A stretch of 64,000 nucleotides of DNA from Anthoceros angustus. Lineage: Eukaryota; Plantae; Anthocerotophyta. The position numbers and the translations under genes were made by a program. The first letter of the stretch is position 1. The number at the start of each line of letters is the position of its first letter. Below, piece after piece: positions 12,059 to 23,059 of this stretch. The stretch lies in contig MU008162.1 of NCBI GenBank assembly GCA_010909165.1, forward strand, positions 1,860,001 through 1,924,000. The letters are read 5' to 3'. A model generated the notes under the pieces. The model saw nothing but the letters and a program-made list of their open reading frames with translations, did not search any database and was not told the origin of the DNA.

Positions 12059-12140
12059 AAGGTACGAAGGTGATCAAAGAGATTCAAGGTACAAAGGTGA
12101 TCAAAGAGATTCAAGGTACGAAGGTGATCAAAGAGATTCA
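12059..12140. repeat. 27-bp tandem repeat x3
   Basis: Unit aaggtacgaaggtgatcaaagagattc. Confidence 0.95.
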
Positions 12141-13059
12141 CGCCAGCCGGATAGTTGCCGTTGTCAGAGAATTATTGCTCGCTAACCCTAATTAGTTCGC
12201 AGGACACCATGCGAAATTGGTGGATGACGACAAATTCCCGAGCCTCACCAATTCCGAGCTTGGGATTGCTCGTTCTTCAGTACAGATTGGCCAGGAGGAT
12301 TCTGATCGCGACGCGGAATCCTCTCGGCCAGTACTCAAAAACGACGGTCTGGTTTGATTCTCTCCACAAATAACTTTGTGATGATTTACGGAGTAATTTC
12401 CTATTTTGGAATTGGCGCAATCCGTGTGGCAGGGCAACTTTTGTCTATTTGTGCAGATCGCTTCCGCACATGGGCCTCCCTGCTGCAACTTGCAGCCCGG
12501 TCGTTCCTTGGCTGCTTTCGCACCTGGCCAACAGCATGTGGTCGGCGACAGCTTGAATATTTGTGGACCGCTTGAACAAGTTAATAAATTCGCTAGAAAA
12601 TATTTGTGGACCGACTTCGCTACGAACAGGTGTGCTGGTAATGATAACATGGACAGATCCACCAGTTATGAGGTAGTGGTCGAATCGGTTGATCTTTGGG
12701 AGTGCTACCTAGTCTCACTCTTTGAACTAATTTTTATCTTAAATTAACTTTCATTTTTATTTTCAACATTATGTAGAGCTCTCATCCTTTTCACCTAACA
12801 AATAGCTCTATGCAATAAAGATTTAAGCTCATTATAAAATATAGTATAATACTTATAAATAATATTTGTATTTTATATACAATATATTACAAATATTTAA
12901 GGTTGATCGCCGTAGAATTTGTTAGTATTTACTTGAAGATCTAATTTTAGACTCACTTGCATATATGGAGCTCCCCATCTGGTATCGTTGGGTTGAACTC
13001 TATGTGGACTCTTTAGCTATATGGCCCTTGTTAGGCTCCTTCTTTGTGCAACGAAGCTC

Positions 13060-13590
13060 CCTACCTAAAGTCACCTACTACACCAGCAATATCATATGCA
13101 GGAAGAATAAACAGCCTACACAATACGGAGAAAGAGGAGGATGCATCACTTGCTGTTGCTTTGTGAAGAATCAGCATTGCGAAGAGGAGGATGCATCACC
13201 TGCCGCAGCCGCTTTGTAGAGGATCGGAGTTGCGAGTGCGGGTTCGAAGGGCAATGGAAACACGCTGTTTGAAGAACGTCGTGAAGTAAGAAAGGGACAG
13301 CTACACCCCGTGCTTGCAGGCATGGTAGGGAGACTTGATAAATTTATCAAAGTCCTCAACCATTGCCCCATCCGTTTCCAAGGCGAGCGGAATGAAGAGA
13401 TGGTCCGCTTGCATCTCATCATATTTCCTGACCGTGAGAGTTGCTCCAGCAGGAGCCCAACCTGGATGGTTAGTAATAACCTGAGCAAAAGTGGTGTCAC
13501 GTGCAAGATCAATGACCACCATGTCCGCCACCGAGACTTGGTCGCTACAAACGAGGTACAAGTCGGCCTTAAGCGACCGAAATGTACAAA
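13060..13590 (-). mobile_element. CRE-like (RLE-type) non-LTR retrotransposon 3' fragment A
   Basis: KADLYLV...DMVVIDLARD...VRKYDEMQADHLFIPLALETDG...FFKQRVSIALR, plus a 3' UTR shared with 14860-14935. Confidence 0.75.
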
Positions 13591-13789
13591 GAGTGTGCCA
13601 CTGCTTCATGAATTTTAGATTAAACCTATTATTGCAACCATAAAATTTACTTATAAATGTGAAAACAGTTCTAAAAATTGCAGATTTTGGAGTTTATTGC
13701 TATGGAAACTTAAATACTGAACATAGTGAAGAATTGTTGTAAGAGAATATACATGGCTTTGGAGATTCATTTGGGATCAAAATATTTAT

Positions 13790-14280
13790 AAGGGAGCACC
13801 ATGTGATATATAGTCCGCAAGAGTAACCTTGTGGTTGTAATAGATCCTATCCGAAATACTGTTTGCGAGTATATCATCATCAACCCTTCGGGTTTAGCGA
13901 GGAGGGGTGCATGACAACGAAGGTTTACAAATACACCTCCCATGCAAGAAGGCCATGTTTTCATTTCCCGTGCTATCGCGACTCATGAGGCCATGGGTAA
14001 GGATTGTTCGAGGTTTATTAAGGGTTGTGCTAAAGTTTACCACATCTGCAAAAACCGGGTAGGTCTCCCTCTTATCTCTGTAAATAGCAGGATGCAAGCG
14101 GGCCGCTTGGTCCGCTTGCATCCCTGCTCGAGAAGTAGCTCGGCCAGCCTTTCCAGTTTGTCCTCGTGGACCCCTCCATCCCCAAGTTCACAAGAGTGCG
14201 GCTCCGCTCTTGTTCTGGGAAGGGCGCATGTGCTTGGCTATTGGCTCGCCCATGCATATGGGGTTTTCACATCGCACCAA
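13790..14280 (+). mobile_element. CRE-like fragments B and C (degraded, partial)
   Basis: VVIDPIRNT...MQEGHVFISRAIATHEAMGKDCSRFIKGCAKVYH is collinear with fragment D. aaatagcaggatgcaagcggg and gagtgcggctccgc are duplicated from D. Confidence 0.65.
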
Positions 14281-14329
14281 CCACCTTCATTAATGCGATG
14301 TGATTCTGTCTTGGCCTGCTCCAGTATGT

Positions 14330-15010
14330 AGCTTCTTCGCTCCTTACGAGTGCGGCTCTGCCCTCGATGATTCTAGGGTACACCTTGCTTGTTGTCCCCA
14401 TGGGGGTCATCGCATTATCACCCACGATGTCATCTGCGATGTCATGTTCATCATCGCTCGCGAAAGCGGCTACATGGCCTGGAGAGAGTGGGGGTATACT
14501 CTTCGTACAGGTTGTTTAAGAAGGGCTGACCTGTACCTTGTCCGTGGCGACCAGGTTTCAATGGCGGATGTGGTGATTACTGATCCTGCACGTGACACCA
14601 TCTCCGCTCAGGTCATCACTAACCGTCCAAGTTGGGCTGCTGCCGGAGCAGCGACTCTCAAGGTCCGCAAATATAGCAGGATGCAAGCGGGTCACCTCTT
14701 TATTCCGCTTGCACTAGAAAAGTATGGGGCTATAGCTGAGGACTTTGACAAATTTGTCAAGTCCTGTGCCAAAGCTTACCATGCGCGCAAGCACGCATGG
14801 TACGGTGGATCCTCCACAAGGCGGCGACAATAGGTGATGCATCTTCTTCTACCTCCGTGGTTTGCATACAGGCTGTTTATTCTTCCTGCATATGACATTG
14901 TGGGTACAGTAGGTGACTTTAGGTAGGGAGCTCAGCCGCTCCTCTCCACCTCGATCCTCGGGGTACTCTTTACTAGTCCCCTCCTGGATGGGCTCTTCCC
15001 ATCATTTTTT
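14330..15010 (+). mobile_element. CRE-like non-LTR retrotransposon 3' fragment D (zinc knuckle, restriction-like endonuclease, 3' UTR)
   Basis: CGSALDDSRVHLACCPHGGHRIITHD (CCHC-type knuckle), RADL...DVVITDP...KVRKY...FIPLALEKYG (PD-(D/E)XK-type RLE). Confidence 0.8.
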
Positions 15011-15860
15011 CACCTCAATGAAGTATCTTAGTTATGGAATGAAAGATATGGTTCATAACTAAAGCTATGGCTCCTTGGCTATCATTAAATAATGATGTAG
15101 AGTTACTTTGCGGATATATATGTTTCAAATTTTATGTAGCAATTGCGTGATGCATTTTGCAGCAGCTTTCTTATTTGCTTCAAAATGTATTGGATAAAGT
15201 CAACATATTCAACTGTAAACCTACGGTTTTTACTCCTATGTAGAGAGCTCTTCTGCTTAACAAAACAATGGATCCTCAAGCTCTATCGGAATAAGAAGCA
15301 ATACGCTCCATTCCATATGTAGGAGCTATAAGAAGTTATCAATATCTTATACTAAATTTATACCTAACTTGATGTAGCTTTCCAACCCATAATTGGGATT
15401 AGATAACAAGGAAGGACTCAGTGGAGTCCAAGACAAAGTTACAAGACATAAAATAGATACAATTTATCCAAGTGATATTGACTCTTAAAAGTCTACAAAG
15501 TCCTCTTCCTCTTCTATCTTCAAGCAATTCTACATAACGAAGTGTAATATCTAGCTACATGCAATTGTTGGAACGTTAACTAGTGTCGTGTCATGATTTC
15601 AACTCATACATTCGAAGCATATGGTCAAACATCACGAGACCCTTTTTTTAGAAATCTTGATCGTGGATTTAATTCAAAGCGTATTTACAGCAGTAGGCTT
15701 TTTACAATAGATGACCCTGTAGGGCTTTTACAATAGGGGATGAATAGCATCTCATCCCAATAGTGATCCAACTATCCCATCCCATGTTTTTCCAAGAAAA
15801 TATTTTTTAAGGATTAATGATGTTATATTGGACTTTTTTTTATTACTAATTCCTAGATGT

Positions 15861-16512
15861 CACTACATTAGTATATTAGTAGTATTATGGTGACTTGGTA
15901 CTATTAGAGCTATCTCCCTATGTTCCATAAGGCACACTGGTTTCCCACAACCGATGTCTACTTCTTCCTCCTTTCGCACTACATTAGTATATTTGTAGTA
16001 CCAGGGTGACTTGGTACTATTAGGACCATCTCCCTACATTAGTATATTAGTAGTACTAGGGTGACTTGGTACTATTAGGACCATCTCCCTATGTTGGTAT
16101 ATTTGTAGTATCAGGGTGACTTGGTACTATTAGGACCATCTCCCTACATTAGTATATTAGTAGTACTAGGGTGACTTGATACTATTAGGACCATCTCCCT
16201 ATGTTGCATAGGGCACACTGGTTTCCCACAACCGATGTCTACTTCTTCCTCCTTTCGCACTACATTAGTATATTTGTAGTATCGGTGACTTGGTACTATT
16301 AGGACCATCTCCCTACATTAGTATATTAGTAGTACTAGGGTGACTTGGTACTATTAGGACCATCTCCCTATGTTGGTATATTTGTAGTATCAGGGTGACT
16401 TGGTACTATTAGGACCATCTCCCTACATTAGTATATTAGTAGTACTAGGGTGACTTGATACTATTAGGACCATCTCCCTATGTTGCATAGGGCACACTGG
16501 TTTCCCACAACC
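15861..16512. repeat. Higher-order minisatellite: 55-bp subunits arranged in ~280-bp HOR units
   Basis: Subunit tacattagtatattagtagtactagggtgacttggtactattaggaccatctccc alternates with a variant. The marker ggcacactggtttcccacaacc occurs at 15931, 16212 and 16491. Confidence 0.9.
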
Positions 16513-16564
16513 AAGACGTACAACGTGTAATAAATCTATTTATCTATCTATCATCTTAACAGTG

Positions 16565-17210
16565 ATATGACTCAAGGGTGCTTGACCGTGGAGTTCCAAT
16601 GAACAGAGAACTAGAGGCACCTAGAGGCTCCCACACTTAGAGGCTTTCCAATGGACTCACGTCTATCATCCCATTAGAGGCTCCCACACTTAGAGGCTTT
16701 CCAATGGACTCACATCTATCATCTATCATCCCATTAGAGGCTCCCACACTTAGAGGCTTTCCAATGGACTCACATCTATCATCCCATTAGTGATCCGACT
16801 CAAGAGTGCTTGATTGTGGAGTTCCAATGAGTAGCATCTCATCCCATTAGTGATCCGACTCAACTCAAGGGTGCTTGACCGTGGAGTTCCAATGGACAGA
16901 GATCTAGAGGCACCTAGAGGCTCCCACACTTGGAGGCTTTCCAATGGACTCATGTCTACCATCCCATTAGAGGCTCCCACAATTAGAGGCTTTCCAATGG
17001 ACTCACATCTATCATCCCATTAGTGATCCGACTCAAGAGTACTTGATTGTGGAGTTCCAATGAGTAGCATCTGATCCCATTAATGATCCGAGTCAACTCA
17101 AGAGTGCTTGACTGAGGAGTTCCAATGGACCCACGCCTAAATGGCACTATTGAAGGGAGGCATGGGTAGCATCCCATCCCAGCGATCTCAAGGGTGCTTG
17201 ACCATGGAAT
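16565..17210. repeat. Modular minisatellite (52-60 bp modules, ~296-bp higher-order period)
   Basis: Modules attagaggctcccacacttagaggctttccaatggactcacatctatcatccc and attagtgatccgactcaagagtgcttgattgtggagttccaatg recur. tcaagggtgcttgaccgtggagttccaatg occurs at ~16572 and ~16866. Confidence 0.85.
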
Positions 17211-18069
17211 TTCTTTGGACCCATGCCTACATGTTTACTCTTGAAGGGAGGACACGAGATTCTCTTTTCAGGAAGAGACTCATTCTTTTAATTTTGAACT
17301 TAATGTCTGCAAATTTGTATTTTAATCTACTTCTAAAATAGTTAAAAAAATTAAAATTTCTATTAGTTTGACTATCATAATTTATGAAGTAATTGTGTGC
17401 AGATTGAATAATTTTTTATTCCCAAAAGATCCTCTTACTATATACACATGAGGATGGGTTTATCTCAAACCACGACATTCTCGAAGAAGTAGGTAGTTTC
17501 AAAATGGGCGATCAAGGTGCTAGTCCCCATGGCCTAGTGCCCCCTTGAGGATTATTACCCTTCGTTTCAGACTAGATGGGATTTCCCATCTCTTTTTACT
17601 ACACAAAGTCTCCGTTGTGTTACACAGGTGACGATGGATTGCTGGGAAGCGAGGTGATAATTGATTACCGTGACTTGTGAGCAAGGTGATAGTAGATTGA
17701 TGTGAGTGTGAGGGTCGTGACAATCAATTGTTGTGACCATGTCTTTGCATAAATAAGGCTTTGTTTGTATTACCAAAATTATGATGAGCATACCACCTAT
17801 CTATAAAATCTGACATTTAATTTTTTATATTATATTAATTTTATTATCTTAATATAATAATTTTTATTATTTCAAAGCTAGAAAATATATCATATATATT
17901 ATTAAAATATTAAAATAAAAGATTAAAGTTGGATGATATTAGTAGTCATCGTTTAATAGATATAAATATTATTATTTTCCGTTATTGTTATTGTTGTTCC
18001 TTCACTCTATGGAGATCTAGGTTCAACACCAACTACCATATGCAATGTCAGAAGACATATATTTTACTA

Positions 18070-18104
18070 TCACACACTAGAGGTCCTCAGCTCGAACCTG
18101 GGCT
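18070..18104 (+). pseudogene. tRNA-Val(CAC) 3'-half remnant (tRNA pseudogene or tRNA-derived SINE fragment)
   Basis: tcacacactagaggtcctcagctcgaacctgggct matches the tRNA at 31543 at 31 of 35 positions. The 5' half is absent. Confidence 0.65.
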
Positions 18105-18829
18105 AGAGGCTTTCCTCCCTTACCCCTGCTTTTTGGCGTCTTTGGTTAGGCTTTACTTGAGAGTGAGAGTCGCGAAGGACCAAAGGCTGGTTGGTTAGGT
18201 CGGCATTTATGGCTAGATAAATGATACGCATGGAACACACTTCTGCAACTCATAGCCACATACATATGGAAGTGACGTGTGCGAAGAAAATTCCATGTGG
18301 ATTGTAGTAGTTCAAACGAAAGAGTCTTACACGGCCTTTACCGTTTGGGCGCCCGAGTAACAATGCTGGCTGGCTGGCTACCTAACTATTTTTACCCCGG
18401 GAAGATTTGAAAGCGGGGAGAGAGAGCGTGAACGGGGGAAAGAGCGTGGGAGAGAGAGAGCGGGGAGTGAGCAATTTGGGCACGGCCATTGTGGTGACAT
18501 TCCTCCCTTCGCCACCTCGTTCGCTCCATAGCCGCCCCCTTGTGCATCATCACCGGAGCCGCAGCCGCAGCTGCAAGGGTTCGCTCCGCACAAAACATGC
18601 GCCTCTCTGAACCGTCTCCGCCCCGCTGCCGCCGCTGCTCAATCTTGCTAGGAACAGGGCCGGGGAATGGAGGCGGCCGCATTGCCTCTGTGTCGTAATG
18701 CCTGCTGCGGCTGCGGAGAGGCCGGGAGTTTGTGGCTGATGCACGGGGAGCTCGCACAAAAAGATTTGCAAGTTTTGGAGCATGGATTGGTGAGGTCATG
18801 GCTGCCGTTGTTTTGAGGTAGGTGTGAGT

Positions 18830-18927
18830 GGGAGTGGAGTCGGCAGGGTGTGGAGTGGAGTTGGCAGGGTTTGGTGTGGCTTGGGGTGGAGTGGCGTGGA
18901 GTGGCGTGGAGTGGAGTGGAGTGGAGT
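18830..18927. repeat. (GTGGA/GTGGC)n pentanucleotide tract in the 5' region of the coiled-coil gene
   Basis: Directly visible run of gtgga/gtggc. Confidence 0.85.
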
Positions 18928-18956
18928 TTTGTTGGATTATTTGGAGCTGGCTTCGC

Positions 18957-20138
18957 ATGGCTGTGGTGGAAAGCGTGCCGGTGATGGAGAAGCATTTCCG
19001 GCTTCCCACGGAGCTGGATGAGTACATGCAGGAGTCGATATACCACATGGTAGGCTTCTGTTCGACGGAGGAGGAGATGAAGAAGAGAGTGGCGGAGGCG
19101 AAGGAGGAGCAGAGGAAGCTGCAGGCTCAGCTGGCGAGGATGCAGCAGAGGATGCGGGAGCTGGAATTCAAGAGCGGGAAGGCGAAGGAGGAGGCGGCGT
19201 TGAATGCGCAGGCGCTGAGGCGGCAGGTAGCGGAGTGCCAGAAGCTGACGGAGCAGTGCTCTCGGCTGAAGGAGGAGTGTTCTAGGCTGGAGAACGAGTG
19301 CCAGCTGTTTCACAATGACAGGGAGGTGTTCATGGAGGCTGCCGATGAAGCGGAGGAACGGGCTGCGGAGGCGTACGAGAGAGCTACCGATGCGGAGGCC
19401 AGGGCCAGCGCGCTCTTCGCTGAGACGGAGAGGTTGAAGCGGCAGCTGGCGCTTACCGGCGCTAGGGTGGAGGGAGTGGAGAGCGTCGGCGCATTGCGGG
19501 CCAGGGTGTCCCAGCTGGAGGCGGATAACGGCCGGTTGCAGAAGGAGCTGAGCGCGGTGAGGTCGGAGGCTCAATTGGAGCTCAGTTCGGCGCATGACCA
19601 GATTGCTAAGCTCGGGAAGGATAAGGCGGAGTTGATGGCTCTCGTGTCCACGGCCAATGAGCGGTACCGGGAGCTGTTAAGGGAGCTCACTGCGGCGCAG
19701 GACGGGAGTTCTGTGTTGAGGGAGGTTGAGCTGCCGGTTAATTTGATAGGGGCTTCGGCTGCCGGCGCTGGAGTGTGCAAGGCTATGGAGCAGGAGAACA
19801 GGGCCGCTGCCTCTGACTGCAAGTCGTTAGTGAAGAGTATGAAGAAGGAGCTGTACAAGAGCAAGGCTAAGCTGAGTGTGGCTGAGGAGAAGGTGCAGGC
19901 ATTGTTAGAAGAGGTGGAGGAGTTGAAGGCAGCGGTGGCCCTGTCGAAGGAAGATTCTAGCAGGACAGCAGGAGAAGTGCAGTTCATGAAGGCTGAAAAC
20001 AAGGTCATGAGGCTGATACTCAGCTCAAGGGCTGATTCGCTTTCCAGTATCTGTACTGGCGTCTCGAACTGCCTCAGGGGAGGTTCAAGGCCTCGAAGTC
20101 AAGTTCAGGGGTGGCACAAATGCATGCAACGGATGTGA
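18957..20138 (+). CDS. Conserved plant long coiled-coil protein of unknown function, ~393 aa
   Basis: LPTELDEYMQESIYH...EAALNAQALRR...LENECQLFHNDREVFMEAADEAEERA resembles an uncharacterised land-plant coiled-coil family (recalled, not searched). The 3' end may be spliced. Confidence 0.75.
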   Translation: MAVVESVPVMEKHFRLPTELDEYMQESIYHMVGFCSTEEEMKKRVAEAKEEQRKLQAQLARMQQRMRELEFKSGKAKEEAALNAQALRRQVAECQKLTEQCSRLKEECSRLENECQLFHNDREVFMEAADEAEERAAEAYERATDAEARASALFAETERLKRQLALTGARVEGVESVGALRARVSQLEADNGRLQKELSAVRSEAQLELSSAHDQIAKLGKDKAELMALVSTANERYRELLRELTAAQDGSSVLREVELPVNLIGASAAGAGVCKAMEQENRAAASDCKSLVKSMKKELYKSKAKLSVAEEKVQALLEEVEELKAAVALSKEDSSRTAGEVQFMKAENKVMRLILSSRADSLSSICTGVSNCLRGGSRPRSQVQGWHKCMQRM

Positions 20139-20752
20139 GCACGCTTCATTGTTGTGTACAGGCACGGGTGGTTGTATTGGAGTTCATTTGTTACGTGTAT
20201 GTCCATAGTGTGGGTGCACCGACCACACAGGTCCAAGACCTGGAAGGAAGAATGCGAGCCATGAGCTGCAGCGAGAGACGGAACAGATGATGGCTGGAAT
20301 ATCGGCAAGGCGGCTCGTGATGTTGCTGGCCCTGTGGACGTGGGAGGAGAGGAAGTATCGACTTGGGCTACCCATGTTTGTGTATTATGTGTTGGCCACT
20401 CAATGGCGTATGCACTCAATGGCGTATGTGGGTATGTGGCTCACTCGTACCAAGGCGTGTCAGCTTGTGGATGAGACAATCTCTCTTCTGGCCACAAGAG
20501 TCAGGCGTGCGGCACTGTCATTTCCGATGTACATACGCATGTACTGCCAATCGCAACAGATAACATGGATGGATATGAAGTGAACTGCCCTGCACCGCAA
20601 GTCAGCCCTGCCTGTGCTCCCACTTTGTGAACAAACAGTAACTTTGTTACTGGAAATTGCTTTGAAGCCTCTTGCCAAGAGGAAAGAATTGGTTTGCTTT
20701 TACAGTACATGTAACCTAACTAGCAGCATTTGCTGGCTGTGATTGGACTTCG

Positions 20753-23059
20753 CTACTTTGGGGTGAACACTACACTACCTACCTGCTTCATTGTCCGTGG
20801 CGTGCCCCGGTCACCCTTTAAGTGCAACAAAAATTTGTGTGAGCTGCGCAGAACTGTGACAAAATTAGTGGCAGCCACATCCTTGATTCCACAGAGAACC
20901 CGTTGCAAAGGCCGGCAACTCTTTTTTTGCGTAGCAGAAATGCAGCAGAAAGCGGAGCTGTCCACGGGACGGCCTCCTTGATATACCATCTTGGGCTCAA
21001 AGCTGGCCACCATGAGACTGCCTGCTGCTGCGCTGGGATGTTCGGCATGGACTTGGAAGCTCTTGGCCGCACTCACCTTGTGCAGCTTCTGGTTGAGGAC
21101 GTGCACTTTGGAAGCAGGCTGCGGATGATGCTTCTGCGAAGCAACCATGTCCATGCCTCCTCCTTTCCCATGCCCAACCCCAGCAGTAGCCTCCGACATC
21201 TTCACCGCCTCCCAGTTCTGCATGGCCAGCGGGCTCTCCCCTAGGCCTCCATCATCCACCACCACCTCCCCACCCCTGCTCCCCTCCTGCTCCTTCCCCT
21301 GCCTTACAGAGACGCTGGTTCTGCCTCTCTGCATCCTCTCCAAATACGCATCCTTCCTCCTCTGCCTCTCGTGCAAGCCCCGCCGGAACGTCCTGCGGTT
21401 GTTGAGCTTCACCACATCCCTGGCCCTGGCAGCAACATGCCTCATCCTCCCATGATGCTGCTGCTGCTGCCCCCCGCCGGCTATGTGCAAGGAGGGCACA
21501 TGGTTGTACAGATGCAACTGGTCGTAAGGGAACGCCTCTTCCGGATGGGCAGAGAAATCTGGTGCCCTGAACGGATGCCCAACATGGCTCCGCATCAACA
21601 GCAATGAGGCATCCGCCAGAATGTTGAGAAAGGGCAGCAGCGAGAGGGAAGATCCCCGCTTCAGCTCCGCTGCCCTCCTGTCCCTCCCCAGCCCGAACAG
21701 GCTCGAGTAGCAGAAAACGGAGAAATGCCCAAACCTCTGCAACGCCAACGCCAGCTGCTTCTGGTGCAGCCTGGTATCTCCAAACTCCAAGCTGGTGCCC
21801 ATGATGATGGCTGGCTCTGGTGGGCGACACCATTCATGCACATGTCCATCATCCCCATAACGCCAATCACCATAGCCATCACCTTCTTGCCATTTCCTCT
21901 CCTTCGGCTTCTGCCTCTTCTTCTTCAGTCTGCTGCTGCCGCTGCTGCTGCTGGTGGCAGGAAGCTTGGCCATGTGCTCCTGCCACTCATGCTCCACCCG
22001 GATCCTGAACGTGCGAGGGCAAGCAGTGTAATTCATGGGCACCACAGCATCCAGCAACCGTTCCTTCCACCACCTCTCCACGTCCTGGAACTTGCTCAGC
22101 GCCTGCTTCCTCTCGGCAGCAACAGCCGCAGTGAGCACCAGCTGCGGCCTGAGCGACCTGCACGTCCTCCGGATGTCCCGCAGCAAGGCAGTGACGCAGT
22201 CGCATCGCCATCGATCCCACACCTGCGGCCTCTCATCCGGGGACGCCAGCCCGGTCTCTGCCCGGAACAGCTCCAGCGTCCTCCCGTCCCTGGAGTACTC
22301 CCCGCCCTTCACCACGGGCTTCTCGTTGGGGAAGCGGATGTAGTCCAGATGCAGCCCGTCGATGCTGTACTGCGACACGATCTCCTTGCACACGCCCACG
22401 ATGTGGCTCCTGGCCTCCGGCAGGCACGGGTTGAGGCTGACGTAGAAGCCACGGGTGAGGGGCTGCCGCCTCCCGGCCGCATCGTACCAGCTCCACTCCG
22501 GGCGGGCCAGGTAGAGGTGCGCCGGGTTGGTGGGCGGCTCCGGCCCCCGCCACAGCGGCATCACGTTGATCCAGGCGTGCAAGGCCATGCCCTTGGCGTG
22601 CGCCTCCCCGATGGCCAGCTGCAGAGGATCGAAGCCCGGGTGCTTCCAGCCGTACGCCTCCGACCAGGGCTCCAGCCGCGACGGGTAGTAGGTGCTGGCG
22701 TTCCCCCGCACCTGGAAGAAGACGGTGTTGAAGCCCGCCTGTGCCGACCTCTGCATGATGCGCACGATGTCCTCCCCGCTGTGGAAGTCGTATCTCGTCA
22801 CCCACACTGCGCGAACCTGGTCCCCGTACCGGAGATTGGGCAGCCGGCCCGATCGCCGGAAGGCTGGGTCCTCCCACTCGTACGGGCACAGCAGCGCCCC
22901 TGTTCCTGCCATGTCCCTCCTCATTCCCTGCTCCTTCTCCTCCTCCGCATCCCCGTGCATTGCATCCAACCTTCCTTCCGCCTCTGTCTCCTCCTCCTTC
23001 CTCCTTCCTCCTCCTCCCCCGATCCTGCCCTCACAACATGCCCTCCTTGCCTCCTTCAT
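20753..23059 (-). CDS. GHL10/DUF187 (YddW/DigH-like) glycoside hydrolase with low-complexity extensions, 768 aa, intronless
   Basis: VRAVWVTRYD, GFNTVFFQVRG, DPLQLAIGEAHAKGMALHAWINV, SLNPCLPEARSHI, DGLHLDYIRFP, LDAVVPMNY. Confidence 0.88.
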   Translation of the reverse strand: MKEARRACCEGRIGGGGGRRKEEETEAEGRLDAMHGDAEEEKEQGMRRDMAGTGALLCPYEWEDPAFRRSGRLPNLRYGDQVRAVWVTRYDFHSGEDIVRIMQRSAQAGFNTVFFQVRGNASTYYPSRLEPWSEAYGWKHPGFDPLQLAIGEAHAKGMALHAWINVMPLWRGPEPPTNPAHLYLARPEWSWYDAAGRRQPLTRGFYVSLNPCLPEARSHIVGVCKEIVSQYSIDGLHLDYIRFPNEKPVVKGGEYSRDGRTLELFRAETGLASPDERPQVWDRWRCDCVTALLRDIRRTCRSLRPQLVLTAAVAAERKQALSKFQDVERWWKERLLDAVVPMNYTACPRTFRIRVEHEWQEHMAKLPATSSSSGSSRLKKKRQKPKERKWQEGDGYGDWRYGDDGHVHEWCRPPEPAIIMGTSLEFGDTRLHQKQLALALQRFGHFSVFCYSSLFGLGRDRRAAELKRGSSLSLLPFLNILADASLLLMRSHVGHPFRAPDFSAHPEEAFPYDQLHLYNHVPSLHIAGGGQQQQHHGRMRHVAARARDVVKLNNRRTFRRGLHERQRRKDAYLERMQRGRTSVSVRQGKEQEGSRGGEVVVDDGGLGESPLAMQNWEAVKMSEATAGVGHGKGGGMDMVASQKHHPQPASKVHVLNQKLHKVSAAKSFQVHAEHPSAAAGSLMVASFEPKMVYQGGRPVDSSAFCCISATQKKSCRPLQRVLCGIKDVAATNFVTVLRSSHKFLLHLKGDRGTPRTMKQVGSVVFTPK

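Noticed and set aside
15861-17210. CRISPR-like array
   Set aside because: The repeats are contiguous or modular with no unique spacers, there are no cas genes, and the context is eukaryotic.
18392-20008. Antisense ORFs (218, 315, 145 aa) over the coiled-coil gene
   Set aside because: Shadow ORFs of a GC-rich CDS and the (GTGGA)n repeat.
20753-23059. Bacterial contamination as the explanation for GHL10
   Set aside because: It is contiguous with spliced plant genes and has plant-like low-complexity extensions and UTR-like flanks. Spanning reads are still needed.
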